In this document: positions 1 to 13,376 of the stretch, piece after piece
Layout: every line of letters starts with the position of its first letter
How positions within the stretch are numbered: position 1 is the stretch's first letter
From: Azolla caroliniana
Taxonomy: Eukaryota > Plantae > Polypodiophyta
Reading direction: 5' to 3'
DNA: 64,000 nucleotides
Assembly (NCBI GenBank): GCA_043228905.1
Contig: JBHGNT010000013.1
Coordinates: 10,788,001 to 10,852,000, forward strand
Position numbers and translations under genes: made by a program
The notes under the pieces: model-generated
Database searches by the model: none
Told to the model about the DNA's origin: nothing
Seen by the model: only the letters and a program-made list of their open reading frames with translations

Positions 1-1867
1 CGGAACGTGTCGAACATCCTTCAGCAGCATTTTGCATCCGGTTGATGTCATCAGCCACACGTCTCCTATGCCGGCAATCCGGCACGTACCTTCATTTCCC
101 ATCCGGACACAGCCATGCTCACCGGCTGTGTAGGATGAGAAGTATTTCTTCTCCGGGGTCAGGTGGAACGACGCTCCGGAATCGACCACCCAGGTCATCT
201 CTTCTCCGGCAAGGTTCAGCTCCCTCTCTTCGGTAATGAGCATTATCTCTTCTTCACTTGCCGCGAGTGCCGTCGTTCCTTTCCGGTCCTGCCCTCGCCG
301 ATCCGGACCTCTCCGGCCCGTGGCTCCCCGGTATGCACCGTTTCTCTCCGGTGACTTCTTCGAATCGGTGTCGTCGGCTCCGTTGTCCTTTCGGTAATGC
401 CGACAATTCTTCCGGAAGTGCCCCGGCTTCCCACAGTGGAAGCATGTGGGTCTTCCTCTTGACTGCGACCGGGTCCCCGACTTCTCCCGTCTTTGCGGAC
501 TCCGGTTCCATTGTCTTCCCCGATCCGATTCGGTAAGCAGCGCCTTCGTGTCGGAAGCCGGTTCTTTATCTCTCCGACGCGCTTCTTCGTTCAAAATACT
601 TGTCTTTACCGTTTGTAAGGACAAGTTATCTTCGGTGCACGAGGTGCTGAGAGTCACCACCAAGTTCTCCCAGCTTTCCGGCAATGTACACATCAGGATG
701 ATGGCTTGCATTGCATCCTCCAACGGGAACTTAATCGCCGCAAGCTGGTTCACGAATCCCATGAACGTGCTTACGTGTTCCACCATACTCTCGCCGTCCC
801 GGTACTTGAGATTCACTATCTTCCTCATCAGGGAGGTCCGGTTCAACGCATTCTTCCTCTCGTAGAGGCCCGACAGCTTCTTCCACATCTCGTATGCGTT
901 GGTGTCGTTCGCCACGTGTTGTAGGACGCTTACATCGACATATTGTCAGATCGTTGCTACGGCTTTCCGGTTCAGGAGCTTCCACTCCGACTCAAGTACC
1001 CCTTTCGGTATTTCCGACCTGTCAATCGGTTCGTACAGGTCCCGAACAATCAGAAGATCCTCCATCTTGATCTTCCAGTCGGCGTAGTTCTGCGCATTCA
1101 GCACCATCATCCCCGGCTGCCCGCTGCTGCCGCCTTCCATTTTCTGCACTGCCGTCGCTCTGATACCAGTTTGTTGGGAATCACCGGTTTGATTCACCTT
1201 CTCCTCTCGGCCACAACCGAGTAATCGCGGATCAATGCAGCAGAAAATAGGAAATACAGAGATAGACGCGATACACAGGGATTAACGTGGAAAACCCTAT
1301 ACGGGAAAAACCACGGGAGTGCGAGACTCCAAACCAAACTATGCACAGAGAAATATACAATGGCGAGCTGCAAGGCGACGACCTTGAGCTCGCTGTCCTC
1401 GCCACAGGCGGCGGTATTACACAGAGGCGTCGACCTCTTCGTTTCTCTCTCTCTCTCTCTCTCTCGGCTGCTCTCACTCCGCTCTCTCCACTAGAACATA
1501 AAATGAGCAACCACAGAAACTGTTTGCCCTAAGTCATATTTATACACATATGACTTTCGGGCTATTTACAAATATAGCCTCAAGGGCTCTTGGCAAACAT
1601 ATTCACAAATATGTCCCCGCATCCGGATCTCTCTCCGGGTACATACATCATCCGGCTCCGTAGCCGGGGTCTTCGTCATCCGGTTCCGTAGCCGGGTCTT
1701 TGTCATCCGGCTCCGTAGCCGGGTCTTCATCATCCGGCTCCGTAGCCGGGTACTCTTCATCCGGCTTCATGCCGGGTACTATTCATCATCCGGTTCCGTA
1801 ACCGCAACCGGGCTTGCCGTCATTTATCTCCGGGGACATCCCATCCGGAGGGACCGAAATCCCAACA
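1..1867 (-). mobile_element. Ty1/Copia LTR retrotransposon (Tork/Tnt1-like), 5' part: 5' LTR, PBS, gag, protease; runs off the left edge
   Basis: LTR 1172-1867 bounded by TGTTGGGA...TCCCAACA. tRNA-iMet PBS TGGTATCAGAGC at 1157-1168 (minus). Gag starts MEGGSSGQPG at 1140; protease WVVDSGASFH near 160-195. Closely similar to the element at 60704-64000. Premature TGA at 946-948 where the sister copy has Arg. Confidence 0.95.
1648..1800. repeat. ~24-bp tandem repeats in Copia U3 (ATCCGGCTCCGTAGCCGGG-TCTTC-TC)
   Basis: About 6 imperfect copies; related arrays at ~60590-60700 and ~60780-60900 in sister LTRs. Confidence 0.85.
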
Positions 1868-2601
1868 GAGATGACGCCATCGAGGGCGAGAAGACTGAAG
1901 ACGAGTTGGAGACAGCCAACACGGACGAGAGCGAAAACCGATCGGAGGTAGCCGAGTCGGTTCGGATGTTTGATTCAGATACGCTGAATCAACCGAGGCC
2001 CAAGCGGAAGAAAAGGTAGCAGGAGAAGCGTCAACACCGCAATAGCAGAAGAGCTGATAAGGGCCGCATGAGCAGACAAGCCGACCGGAAGGGTCGAAGC
2101 GCGCAGAGTCGAACAGGTCGAGGAGCGTGAGCGAGGCATGAAGCCTGGAGGAACCGGAGCTGTGAGCCCGAGGATCCCGAAGAGCCTCGAGTTGAGCTTG
2201 AGGGGGAGTGTTGAGAGACAAGCTCAACATTGGCCGGATCGGCTGAAGAAGCCGAGGACCGGATCGGTTGGGATCGATCGGTTAGGCCGAGTGTGTAAAT
2301 CGGGAGGTCATTAGGAAAGATATTCCATGAGGAATATATTTGGGAGTTAGTGTAGGAGCTCTTAATGAGCATTGAAGTACTGTCAGTCCTTCTAGGACTT
2401 GTATAAAAGTGTTCATGGAACACACATATGTATAGAGTGTGGTGAATAGAGATTGTGTACTTCTGTTATATTTTTTGTGTCTTCTCTCTCACTCTCTCTG
2501 TCTCTCCCGCGTATATCGTGTAAGCTCAAGCTCTCCATTGAACCTGAGTTTCCTTCCTTCTGTTCAGTCTTCATACTTGCTTCCGCACGCTACTTTTTAC
2601 A
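1868..2601 (+). mobile_element. 3' end of a second Copia element (3' UTR, PPT, 3' LTR 2209-2601), interrupted by the minus-strand Copia
   Basis: PPT GAGGGGGAG at 2200-2208 followed by TGTTGAGAGACAAGCTCAACA; same junction as the Copia at 50145-50183. LTR ends TTTACA, like the LTR ending at 45678. Confidence 0.75.
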
Positions 2602-2609
2602 GATATGTT

Positions 2610-3330
2610 ATGAAATATGATGGGTGGACAAACAATAGTTTGAGTGAATTTTATCCAATAACTTTACATTGGGAGTGTGGCAAGTTGATTAATATGCTTT
2701 AGTCTTTGTAGATGTCTTTCTAGGAGATGGTGTAGGAAAACTTGTGAAACTATCTTTATTCTCATGTCTAAAATCATTTGGTATCTCTTCACATATTCTA
2801 TCCACAACATCTGATGGTGCTAGTGAAAATCTAGTTGCATCATAAGAATTAGCTAGGTTGTTGCTTAATCATCATGGACAAAACATTTTGCTATCATCAC
2901 CGATGTTAAGGTTCATGGTTCATATATATCAACTTGGTGTAAAGTTTGCATATGAGGTTATGACTCTTAGTATCAAGTTAATGAAGACATTACATTCAAT
3001 ACACACAAGTTACATAATACATTAGTAGAGCTATTTTTTAAAAATATGCAAGTCTAGAATGGATAGTAAGAACTACCACATTTATATTATGTTACTAGAT
3101 GGAATTCAGCTATAGTAATGTATCAACAATCCATAAAGTTAAGTGATGTCTTAAGTTGTACCATAAGTGACAAGGCTATTGCTCGTGAGTTTGTTGACCA
3201 TTCACTTTGAGCAGAAGATTGGAATCATATACAAAATATGGAACAATAGTTACTTGTGCTTGCTATAATTTGTAATTTCATGAGTGGCTCAAAATACCCA
3301 ACCCTCTCAATAGTAGCACTTGTATTTAAA
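2610..3330 (+). pseudogene. Degenerate hAT transposase
   Basis: Colinear motifs across broken frames: DGWTNNSL..FYPITLHW, FGISSHILSTTSDGASEN, VTRWNS, EDW, SGSKYPTLS. Confidence 0.75.
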
Positions 3331-4149
3331 CATTTATTATCACGTTGTAATAATTATATATCTATGGATATGGACTCGCTCAAGTCACCCTTTGAGAGGA
3401 TCACTCTTGACATTCAATAGGAAGCCAATAATCATCCTACCTCTTCTTTTGAGCTCATCTCCCATCTCCCATCTCCCATCCCCCACCAACCCCTCCTCCT
3501 TTCAACCTCTTCATTGAGTTTGAGTAACTCTCCTTTCCTTCAGCACCCCTAATGGTACCTTGTTGAGTGTACCTAGGAGTGTGCATTCATTAGGTTAGGG
3601 GACATGTTAAGAATCCATTAGAAATCTCATTGTCATATGAAATGGTCTAGGGATAAACCAAAACCTTTAGGAGATGTGGGAAAAATAGAGAGAGTGCACC
3701 TAACACTAAACTATAAACCTTCATTACTTGCCAATTGGAAAAGGAATACAATAGTACTATTGTTAAACACGGAAGATTTATAAAAGATGAAGCTATAAAA
3801 TGCTTGTAGTGGTTTAGTCTCATTGTAATACCTAGAGCCAAAGATTACTCCTCTCTCTTTCTCCCTAATAACTTTCTTAACCTTAAGTTGTAAGACTAAC
3901 TATTATATTTATCATAATCTTATAATAATTTATGCAAACTAATTATATCTTGATCATATTGGTGCTTTTTTGTTGATTTGTTCCTTTATTGAGTGCATTG
4001 AAACATGGTAAAGTCTCAAGATTACAGTTCATGTGAATGGAAACATGGCGAAGTCATGTGAGTGTGGTTAGTTTGAAGAGTAAGATTATAGTTGATTATA
4101 GTTCATTTAGTTTTTAGTTCATACATTCATAGCTCCAAACTAGTGATGA

Positions 4150-5694
4150 TGCATTCCGTCACACCAACTTCAATATGGTTCTCAAGAAAAGAACCAAGAA
4201 CACAAGTAAAAAGTAGTTTCCATAAGAACATTAAAAGACGCTATAGAAATCAAGCTTATTGATTCAATGGAATGTCTCCTCACCCTTGGAACTCTTATAA
4301 TTGTCTTCGTACTTAAGGTAACTTACCCTTGCCTTTGTGAATCCAAACTATGGTCAGATCACATTGGGCAAAATTTTTCCTTTCCCATCTTATTTTTCAT
4401 CGGGGTTGGGGCCAAATTCTCTCTTCATCAACTTTCTCTGGCGTCGTGTTCGTTAGAGCGCCCAACTTTATCTTTTCTTCAAATAGAACCTTGTAGTTCT
4501 AGCAAAACAACCTTCTACAAGGCCCCTCTTCTCTTCCATTGAATCCTACCAACCAGATGTCATTAGGACTCCTTTTGGCCTCCTACACTCTATCCTCCTA
4601 AAGCTTTCCCTTTGCACAAGGATAGATGGGTTCAAATAGACTTTATTAATGTTTTGGCCTCATTTATCCTTCCTTCAGAGTTGAATTCCCAATGATTCAG
4701 AGTAGTGGATCATTTGGACATTTCTCATTTTGCCTTTTTCCATGATACTTTTCATTTTGCGTTGGCATAAAGTTCATTTCAATAGGCCTCCTCCTATTGG
4801 ATGAGTGTGCATTGTTCCCAATTAGCTACACAATATTTTGGGAGAGTGCTTCCTTGAAGTCCTCACAATCCGCACTCTTGTGATCGGTATAATCATGAAC
4901 ACGGTTCGTCAATCCATTACAATATGTTCATTGGCTCTCATTGCATAGGATATTTGGAGTTCATAAACAATTTTCATGAGTTCCTTTATCATCGTGCGTC
5001 CAACTAGCTCTTCCGCAATATTTCTCATTTGCTTGGTCCTGAATTTGGTCGTACTCTACTCTCCATCTCCTCCGCAACCTTCACCTTGTAAGGTCTTCTT
5101 TGACTTGAGGAGGTCTCGGTTTCCCACTGCCCTCGTTTGTCAAAGCGACTGCATGCTCTCTTGGCCACAAGTTTGTTATGAAATGAGCCCTTCCTCATTT
5201 TTAAGGAAGCCTAGGTCTCTCCTATCTTTAGCATCCACCACCGTGAGGAACAACAATACTTTAGTTGAGTTAAAGGATCTTTAGGGTGTCTCTCTTTCTC
5301 CTCTCTCCCTTCCCTCCAATTAGTCCACACGCCCTTCCTCATATTCCCGCCCTTTCTCTAAGAGAAAAGAAAAAGGGAAAGGAAAAAAATAAAACATAAG
5401 GCCCCTCCCCCCTTTTTTTATGTGGGTTTGAAGTTTCCTCAAAAGTAATTTCAATCTTACAACTACTTTTGAGGAATTGTTGATGGATGGAGTTAGTGTT
5501 GCCTCAATGTTTCAAGTCTGATGGCTAGATGTGTGGGTTCATCTATGACGTTGATCTTTTGTAAAACAAGATAAACAATGAAGTGGATATATAATAATAT
5601 GAGTATACCTTAGTGGTAAAGACTATAGTTGTAACAAAGAATAAGGATAAGAGTTTGAATCCCTCGCGAAATTCTGGTTCATACTATTATGACC
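4150..5694 (-). mobile_element. Highly decayed Gypsy-like remnant (gag fragments plus a probable LTR at ~5287-5694)
   Basis: Minus-strand gag-like DHKSADCEDFKEAL fragment near 4840-4900. The right end reads GGTCATAA (cf. TGTCATAA) and is followed by the same A/B-box module seen in the chromovirus LTRs. Boundaries approximate. Confidence 0.4.
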
Positions 5695-7461
5695 AACTTG
5701 ATAATGATAATACACCACATGTAAGATGTGTGTGCTACTCCTAGAGTTATCCTCAACATATTGATAATAGTATGCATGCAAATTGTGATACATAATATCA
5801 AGTGATTAATATGCTAGATTTGTAGCGAAAATTACATAGATTATGATCATTACATGTGCTAACACACAAGTTTTTTGGTTTTAAGCTTATTTTCTCAACA
5901 TATATGGAGTCAACAATGAAAGCCTCATCTTGAAAAATCATTCCTTGATACAATGGATATGTTTTGGAATCACTTTTGCTTCTCTTCATATTTCTTACTA
6001 ATTTCTTCTCCATTTGAATAAAATTTGTTGCTTGCAAACTTCACCTCTTTACAACATTCTTGGGCAAATTTTAATGATAGCATTACTAAGCCAATTAAAC
6101 ATTTGGTAATGTCCAAAGGTTTCAACAAGGTGAAAAAAGTCTTGAAATCATGGACTTCCAAACACATAAGACAGAAGTTCTGAACCAAGGAAGGGTCAAG
6201 GTTGAATAATGAAGTAATAATGGCAAGAGCTATGCATGGAAGTGACATAATTCAATCATTTCCTCATCTTCTTTGACCCCATCCAAGTGGGAAAAAGAGA
6301 AGCCAATTTAACAAAGTTATCAAGGGATCTTGCATTGGCTTGATTGTTATTGTACGTGTCTTTTGATACCTCAAAGACACCACAATCAAAGCACATGACA
6401 TCGCCATGTATGAAATGGGCGAGCATAAATATTCCCCACTAATGAGAATGAGAACATAGATTCAAACATTGATGGAAGGAGGCACATGACTTGATGGATG
6501 GTATTGTCCAATTCTATTGATGCTTAATCATGATTTATTCTTCATGGACTACTACATTGGATGGTGTACAAGACATATGTAAAGCCATTGATGATCGCCA
6601 TTATTAACAATGACTCATCCATATATTTTTGACATACATATTAATATATTTTTGACTCATCCATTTATTTTTGACATATTCTCAATAGTCTATGTTCCCA
6701 ATGTCTTTTAGGTAGTTTACAAATTTTAAGATAGATTTGAGGTTGAAGTTATTATGCATCAACAAAGAAACATCACAATTTAAATACCAAGATAATCAAA
6801 TATCTAATGACCTCAACGGTTTCCATTAAGGGAAAGCTCCTAAAACTCCATGTCCAAACTATATGCTTTCTATAATAAAATCAAGACCCTCAAGACTAGC
6901 GGCTGAAATTCTTTTGATTCCAATCAAACATATAAAATTCTCAAAAATGTTGGCTTTAACACTTCTTTTAAATATTTTAAAATATATGAGGACCATGTTT
7001 TTGTAATTTTCCATATTATAGATTTCACGATATGAAATTGATGCCAAGAAAACATGGGTTTTCTAGAGTGAAAAATGAATGGGTTTTTCATTATACAAGT
7101 ATATGAATTGAGCTTACACAATGTGTTATGCCCTAGGCACCCTTGACACATCCAGATGAGTTACATAATACAAGGAACCCCAAAGGAGTGTTCTTTTAGT
7201 TCTCCTTAAGCACTAATCTTCTTCAAGTACATTAGAATTTTCCCCCAAATGACATCAGCTTTTTTACGTAAGTTTTCTTTAAACCATCATAAAAAACATT
7301 ATTGCATGACAAGGTGTATCTAGAGTTATGGGGCCATGTATGGAATCATTTCAGAAACCTATACATTTGATTGATGGCTATTCTCAATTTGATTTTTTCT
7401 TTTTTCTTTTTCCATTGAACCATATTGCTCATACTTTGATGAAGATAACAAACTATTGAGG

Positions 7462-7462
<1 letters not shown>

Positions 7463-7496
<34 letters not shown>
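7463..7496. repeat. (GT)n microsatellite
   Basis: Direct reading. Confidence 0.95.
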
Positions 7497-7501
<5 letters not shown>

Positions 7502-7712
7502 AACTTGCAAGAGGGAGTGTGTTTTAGTTTGCTTAGAGTTAGATTTAAAATGGTTGATGTGAAGAGCTCCTTTTGAAAATCCCATATTAACTGATGGAGC
7601 ACTATATTTTATTCACACAAAAGTTACATTGATTCTGATTGTAAACAATCTTCACATAGATAATACCGTAGTGGCATCATGATGTTCTGCACGGACAAAC
7701 ATGCAGAATATA

Positions 7713-10700
7713 TTAGTTCATTGGGCTTTGACAAACAAAAATCTTGTCCTTGCACTTTGCTCCTAGCGCATTGATATGAATAATGCTAGCCCATAATGAT
7801 ATGAAAGCAAAAGAAAAAGCTTACCTCCAGATGCAACGAGCTTCTCGACACAAGCCACAATGTGCTTCCCATATGTGTACTTCTTTAGGGAGTGTAGATG
7901 AACCCGAATACAAGAAAGTAGCACCTCCCGCTGTTGATCATCACATATTTCCAAAACCTTTTGAACTACATAATTTGCGTACTGATCTTTCATCATAACC
8001 TGTATGTAAGAGGGTTTTTTTCAGTTCTTCATGCATACATACATACCTTATTTTGTAAGGCTTCTTTAAATACCCATGCAGTAAATATTAGAAAAAGAGT
8101 GTGGTCTCTTCTATTTGTTTCATATAAGTAGCAAACATAGAGAAATTTCATTAAGGATCATGGACAAGTTGTCCGGACTGTTGGTGATTTCTGTTATTCC
8201 AGAGTACCACATACATAGATACATCTTTCTTTCTAATAGTTTATACTACTTATAATACATACTTACATTTAATACCATCCCAAGCAAGCCAAATATGACT
8301 CATGAATGATGTGATCCAGACAAAAATGCAATGACAGTCATCTCTCTCCCCTCTACAGGAATGAGATCGACATCACCGATAGCCACACGTATGTTTATCG
8401 GCCTTGGAAATCCAACTATGACCCAAGGGACATAAAAGCCACACAATGATTAGCTAGGTCTCCCATCTAGAGAAAAGGGGTTTGAGATCTTGGTTAGCTC
8501 ATTGGATATCAGCTTGTGGCAATAATTTTGCATATGACCTCACATATGGCACTTTCACAAGATGCTCAGTCCTCATTTGGGTTATGAACTTATGAGCAAG
8601 GACATATTATATGTTCACTTAGGTTATATGAACTGATCAACAAGTTCATATCGTGCTCGGAATGCCATTCTAAGGGTCATTCTTATGAGTTTATGCAACC
8701 TACCTGCAAGTGTTCATTCTGATCTGTCTGTCCAAGTATGTCTGTGATCAAAATCTGGCGCTCCTCCAGACACCCAAATTTCAAACATTTCTCAACAACA
8801 TTTGAAGCGAACTTGTGCTGGCTCATTCGGACTATTTGGCCGACCATTTTTCCTATTATCTCACTTCTTTCCTCTGGTTTGCCATGCTCCACGATGTGCT
8901 ATGCATAATTGTATCAAAAAGGTGAAAATTAATTGCATACCACATCAAATTTAGATTCAAAGTCAAACTTAAATTAAATTTACATTCATCCATATACCTG
9001 AACAACATAATTACCATACTTGTCCTCTGCTAAACTACTGAAAGCTTCTAAGATTTCTTGCATAATAGCACCTTTTTGCTCATCTGTGCAACGCTCCAAA
9101 ACCCGCTGCATTAAAGAGACATATGTATTATAATAAGAGAGTTTTTTACACCCAGTTATTCAGTGGAAAACACCTGAAAACAACCTGAATGACTCGGCAA
9201 CCATATAGATGGGTAGAAAGCCTAACTGCTTGCCCATGGAAAGCTGATAGTATAAATTTGGTGTGCTCCGGAGGAACACATTCTATGCATTTCTGGATAA
9301 CATGATTTCCATTTTGGTTTTCTACACATTGCATGACATGCCCATCTAGTTCAGAAATAAGCCTACATTGATGTTCTGCGTCAACAGCTTCTAATGCCTG
9401 GATATCAAATATATTTATAGCATAAGCACAATCTTAGGAGGAAAACGAAAAGGAACTTACCATGATAACGATGTATAATAAACATGATACAGAGTACCTT
9501 TTGTATCACTCGGCAACCATACATGTCAAGACTTAGGTTCAGGACATGGCCTGCAATCTGCTGTAGAAGTTCCATCTTCTGTCTGAAGCTTCCGCATTCA
9601 AAGAGCTGCCACATAAAGTTAGTAAAGTTTTAACTCCATAAATTCCAGGTACATATTTAAGGCTGCAGAATTGGCTTAAAAATAAACTTCACCTAGCAAG
9701 ACAATCGAGTTTCATATCCATAAACTAATGGAACCATCTAATTGCATTGAATGCAACTAGAACCATGCTAGTAATTAATACATATGAAGGTTCATTTCTA
9801 GGAGCTACAATGGAATAGTTAGAAATTTGACCAAAAAAGCTACACCATTGACGTAGACAAGGTAAACTCATAGAATTTCTCTCTTTCTCTAGCAATGTGT
9901 GAAAGGAATCGGGTCAATTTCCATGACCCTGGTCAAGGTAGTAGAAATCAACATGACTGAATCCTCTTATCTTTGTAATACAACCCTGGTCCAGAGATAT
10001 GAACGCAATTTGTCTTCTAAAAGGGGGCCATTTTTTACTATCTACACAAGTGCAAAGAGTTATTCTATGAGTTCTTGAACAATACCTATACAAATAATGT
10101 TTGATGCACAATGTAATATGCAAGGAGCAAGCAGGCCTTCAAAAACATGAACAGGGCAGAAAAAATACTGGGAACAGAAACATGAACGATCACCTTTTGA
10201 ATGACATAGTTCCCGAAAACATCTTTCATGAGAATGAGAGAATGTGGTAGGACTTCCTGAATCACCATTGCCTTCTCCTCCAATGATACAGTCTCCAACT
10301 TCTGCTGAATAAATCTACTGCCATGCTGATTGCAGCTGTAAAAAATAGAGCAAAAATTAAAATCATTTGGCAATGGTTTCTCTCAATTAATTAGAATGGG
10401 ACACAAATGATCCCCCCCAGAAAACAATCACCTGAACTCCACCATATGGCCAGCAATGTCAGCAAGTTCGAATTTTCGGGCCTTATTGTTTTTCAGTTCT
10501 TCCAGCAAAGATGATACCCTCAGTGTTTCTCCAGAATCACTTGTTTGGCCCACATAATGGTTGCCAGCTATGCTTTGTCCAAACCCTGAAGGAATGTGGA
10601 AAATGGGATGTCTAAAAGAAAATGCATTGGCTACCATTGGAAGGCCAGGAATCACAGGGCTTGCAATTGATGAATTTCCATAAGGAATCAGAAATCCAAT

Positions 10701-11465
10701 GTTTGGGCTGGCATAGTAAGCTGAAGCGGAAGAGGGGCTCTTGTACCCCACCTGAGCACCATAATGTAAAGAACCTATGTATTCTTTATGTGTCTCAACT
10801 GGATTTCCTCCTCTGCCATCACCTCGATTCAACGCATTCCGCGCATCATTGGCAGAATACCACTGCAGATAAGACATCGGGTTTTGAACAGAATATAAGG
10901 GAAGCCCCTCTAGAGTTGATGGGTGTTGTGCGTGTAGATCCATCCTATTAGTGGATTCAGACGCTGGTGTTCTTGTATTCATGTTGGTGGTTACAGTTGA
11001 ATTATATGATGGATAATTGGCAATTACTGGTGTCATTGTAGGATTTACTGCATAAGCTCCAAGTGCATACTGTTGTGGGGTATATCCATGATAAGTTTGA
11101 TAATAAGGATTTGCTGCCATGTAGGGCATTGTGGCAGCAGCATATATGTTATTATTTGTAACTCCATGCTGCACATTTGCAGCAGAGTTTGAAGTTCTAC
11201 CTCTAGTTTGCACCTGATTAGTTGATTCTGGTGGCTGATAAAGATTATGTGGTTGAGTTTGAGTTTCAACACCTGAAAGGCTCATACTCCACAGACGAGT
11301 TAACAATTCTGCATTTGGCATTAGTGAACGAGAACCTATGGTAGCATTGCCTGATAAGGATGTATTTATCTCTGTTGTATTAGCATTATCGTTAACAATT
11401 GGTCCATCCAATGCATTTGCTCCAACGCCTCCTTGTTCATTAGCCACTTGGCTTGAAGCCTGCAT
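7713..11465 (-). CDS. Pumilio/PUF RNA-binding protein (APUM1-6 class), 8 coding exons
   Basis: Exons with GT-AG sites and consistent phase: 10432-11465, 10194-10335, 9498-9605, 9185-9397, 8998-9105, 8704-8898, 7825-7999, 7713-7762 (last exon least certain). Eight PUF repeats with canonical residues SR..Q, NY..Q, CR..Q, NH..Q, CR..Q, NY..Q, SN..E, NY..Q. Confidence 0.93.
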
Positions 11466-11900
11466 CTGCTTAAAAATAGGGGATAGTGTTCTTGGGAAAT
11501 CTAACTGTCAAAAGCAGTGCATTCAAATCCACTTTCCAATAGTAACCAATGGCATAACCACAAAAAGTCTCAGACATTTTCCTACTATTATTCCCATATT
11601 ACAGATTAAGAGCTAATATTATGTGCTTCTATAGGCAGGGCAGCGCATATGCTCTTTTCCAGATGAAACTTAGATATAATGTTGAGCACTGTCGGGAAAC
11701 GTGGAGAGAACTGGACTATTTTCGATATGTGAAAATGACTCAAATTTCTTGAGACATTAACCTAGGCAAAAAGCACATATAAGAGAAATAAAAAAATCTC
11801 TACAAACTTAAAAGTAACTCGAAGACTGAAACTGCAGAAGGGCACAGATCAAACACAATTGAACATTGCTTGGTCATTAGAAGAATATGAACAAAGATGC

Positions 11901-12300
11901 CTGAATAATGTCTACAAAGCTCTTGGGTTCGTTAACAGTTGATAAACCATCAGCAAAAACCAGTGAGGATTTTTCATCCTCTAACTCAGGCTCCTATGTA
12001 TGGGTTGAGGCATTGATTGTGACAAGAAGGACCGGCTACTGGTATCGTCAAAAGAATTGAGATTTCTCTTATACTCCCTACCAGTAATAATATTGACAGA
12101 AGTCTTGGAAACCAAGTTAACATGAGGCTAACAATAGTCTCAATATGCCGGACTGGATCGTAGTTCCTGATCTGATTCTTTCATATAATGAGGACCAGTA
12201 TACACTGAGCTTTCAAGGTGCTTTTGAGACTAAACCACCATTAAAGTCAATGATCCTTCAACACTTGGCGGTGCACTTCCAACATGGTGAAGATTTATAT
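11901..12300 (-). pseudogene. Decayed ancestral N-terminal Pumilio exon
   Basis: Recognisable motifs GSAPPSVEGSL, ELRSSPAY, STHT*EPE and KSFVDIIQ, broken by stops and frameshifts. Confidence 0.75.
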
Positions 12301-13305
12301 TCACCATGTTAAGAATGTTACCTATCTTGTTACGCTTCAATAATACATCCAACTATTGAGTCAAACTCTAATTTGAAGAACCACGAGAATTTAGCCCGCA
12401 TCACAATGCTTGTCTAGCATTATCATTGACCCCTATCACTTCTCTCATACTGCTATTGGCAATGGTCGTTATTGGACCCTCTGTTGGCATTCTATGTTCA
12501 AGACATATATGAATACACAACAAATTGCATGCCAGGATTAGATCAATGTGTACCTATCTACTTTTCAGCCGCATATACAAGCAAAACCCTACTCTCAGGA
12601 ACATTCAAGCATATATATGCATGTATATTGGTGTTGGAAGACATGCGCGTTCAAATCAGTCGCATAAACAAAACAATCCTCTTCTCAGGCATATTCACAT
12701 GCACACACATGCACATGCACATGTGTTGTAATTCACACATCACATGCATATATAAATACATACATACATAAACACACAAAAACAAACAAACAAACATATA
12801 CATGCATGCATGGTTATTGGAAGATTTAACTGTATAAAGGTTCCAAGAAATTACTTCCAGAGTCTCACCTGGAACAATGCTGATAGCAACGTTGAATACA
12901 AATCACCAATTCTTCATTCACCGGTTGCACATCCTACCATACCCAACTATAGAGGCTAGACTAATTGGAAACAAACCACAAAAGGGAGCATGGTTAGGAC
13001 CTGGGAAGAAACATGATCGCTGGTGTATACATAAGTCTTTGTGAGGGAACGGGATGAAATAGAATACTGGCTCCTTGATCCTCTGAAACTTCTCTGTCTC
13101 TGTCTCTGTCTCTGCCTCTGTGTAATATGTCTTTGACATGGAGGGATGTGGAAGAAGTCTTGGGGAGATGGTAAGAAGCCTCTTTTTCGTCTTTCTCCTC
13201 CTGCTTTTCTGTTTCTTCGTCTGTCTGGTGGCCCATTCTTCTACCTGTCATCGCTCCAAGAGCGCAGAACAAAATGCCTTCGCAAGAAGTCAACCAGAGC
13301 AGCAG

Positions 13306-13308
<3 letters not shown>

Positions 13309-13373
<65 letters not shown>
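13309..13373. repeat. (CT/GA)n microsatellite upstream of the Pumilio gene
   Basis: About 32 dinucleotide units, at the probable promoter/5' end. Confidence 0.95.
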
Positions 13374-13376
<3 letters not shown>

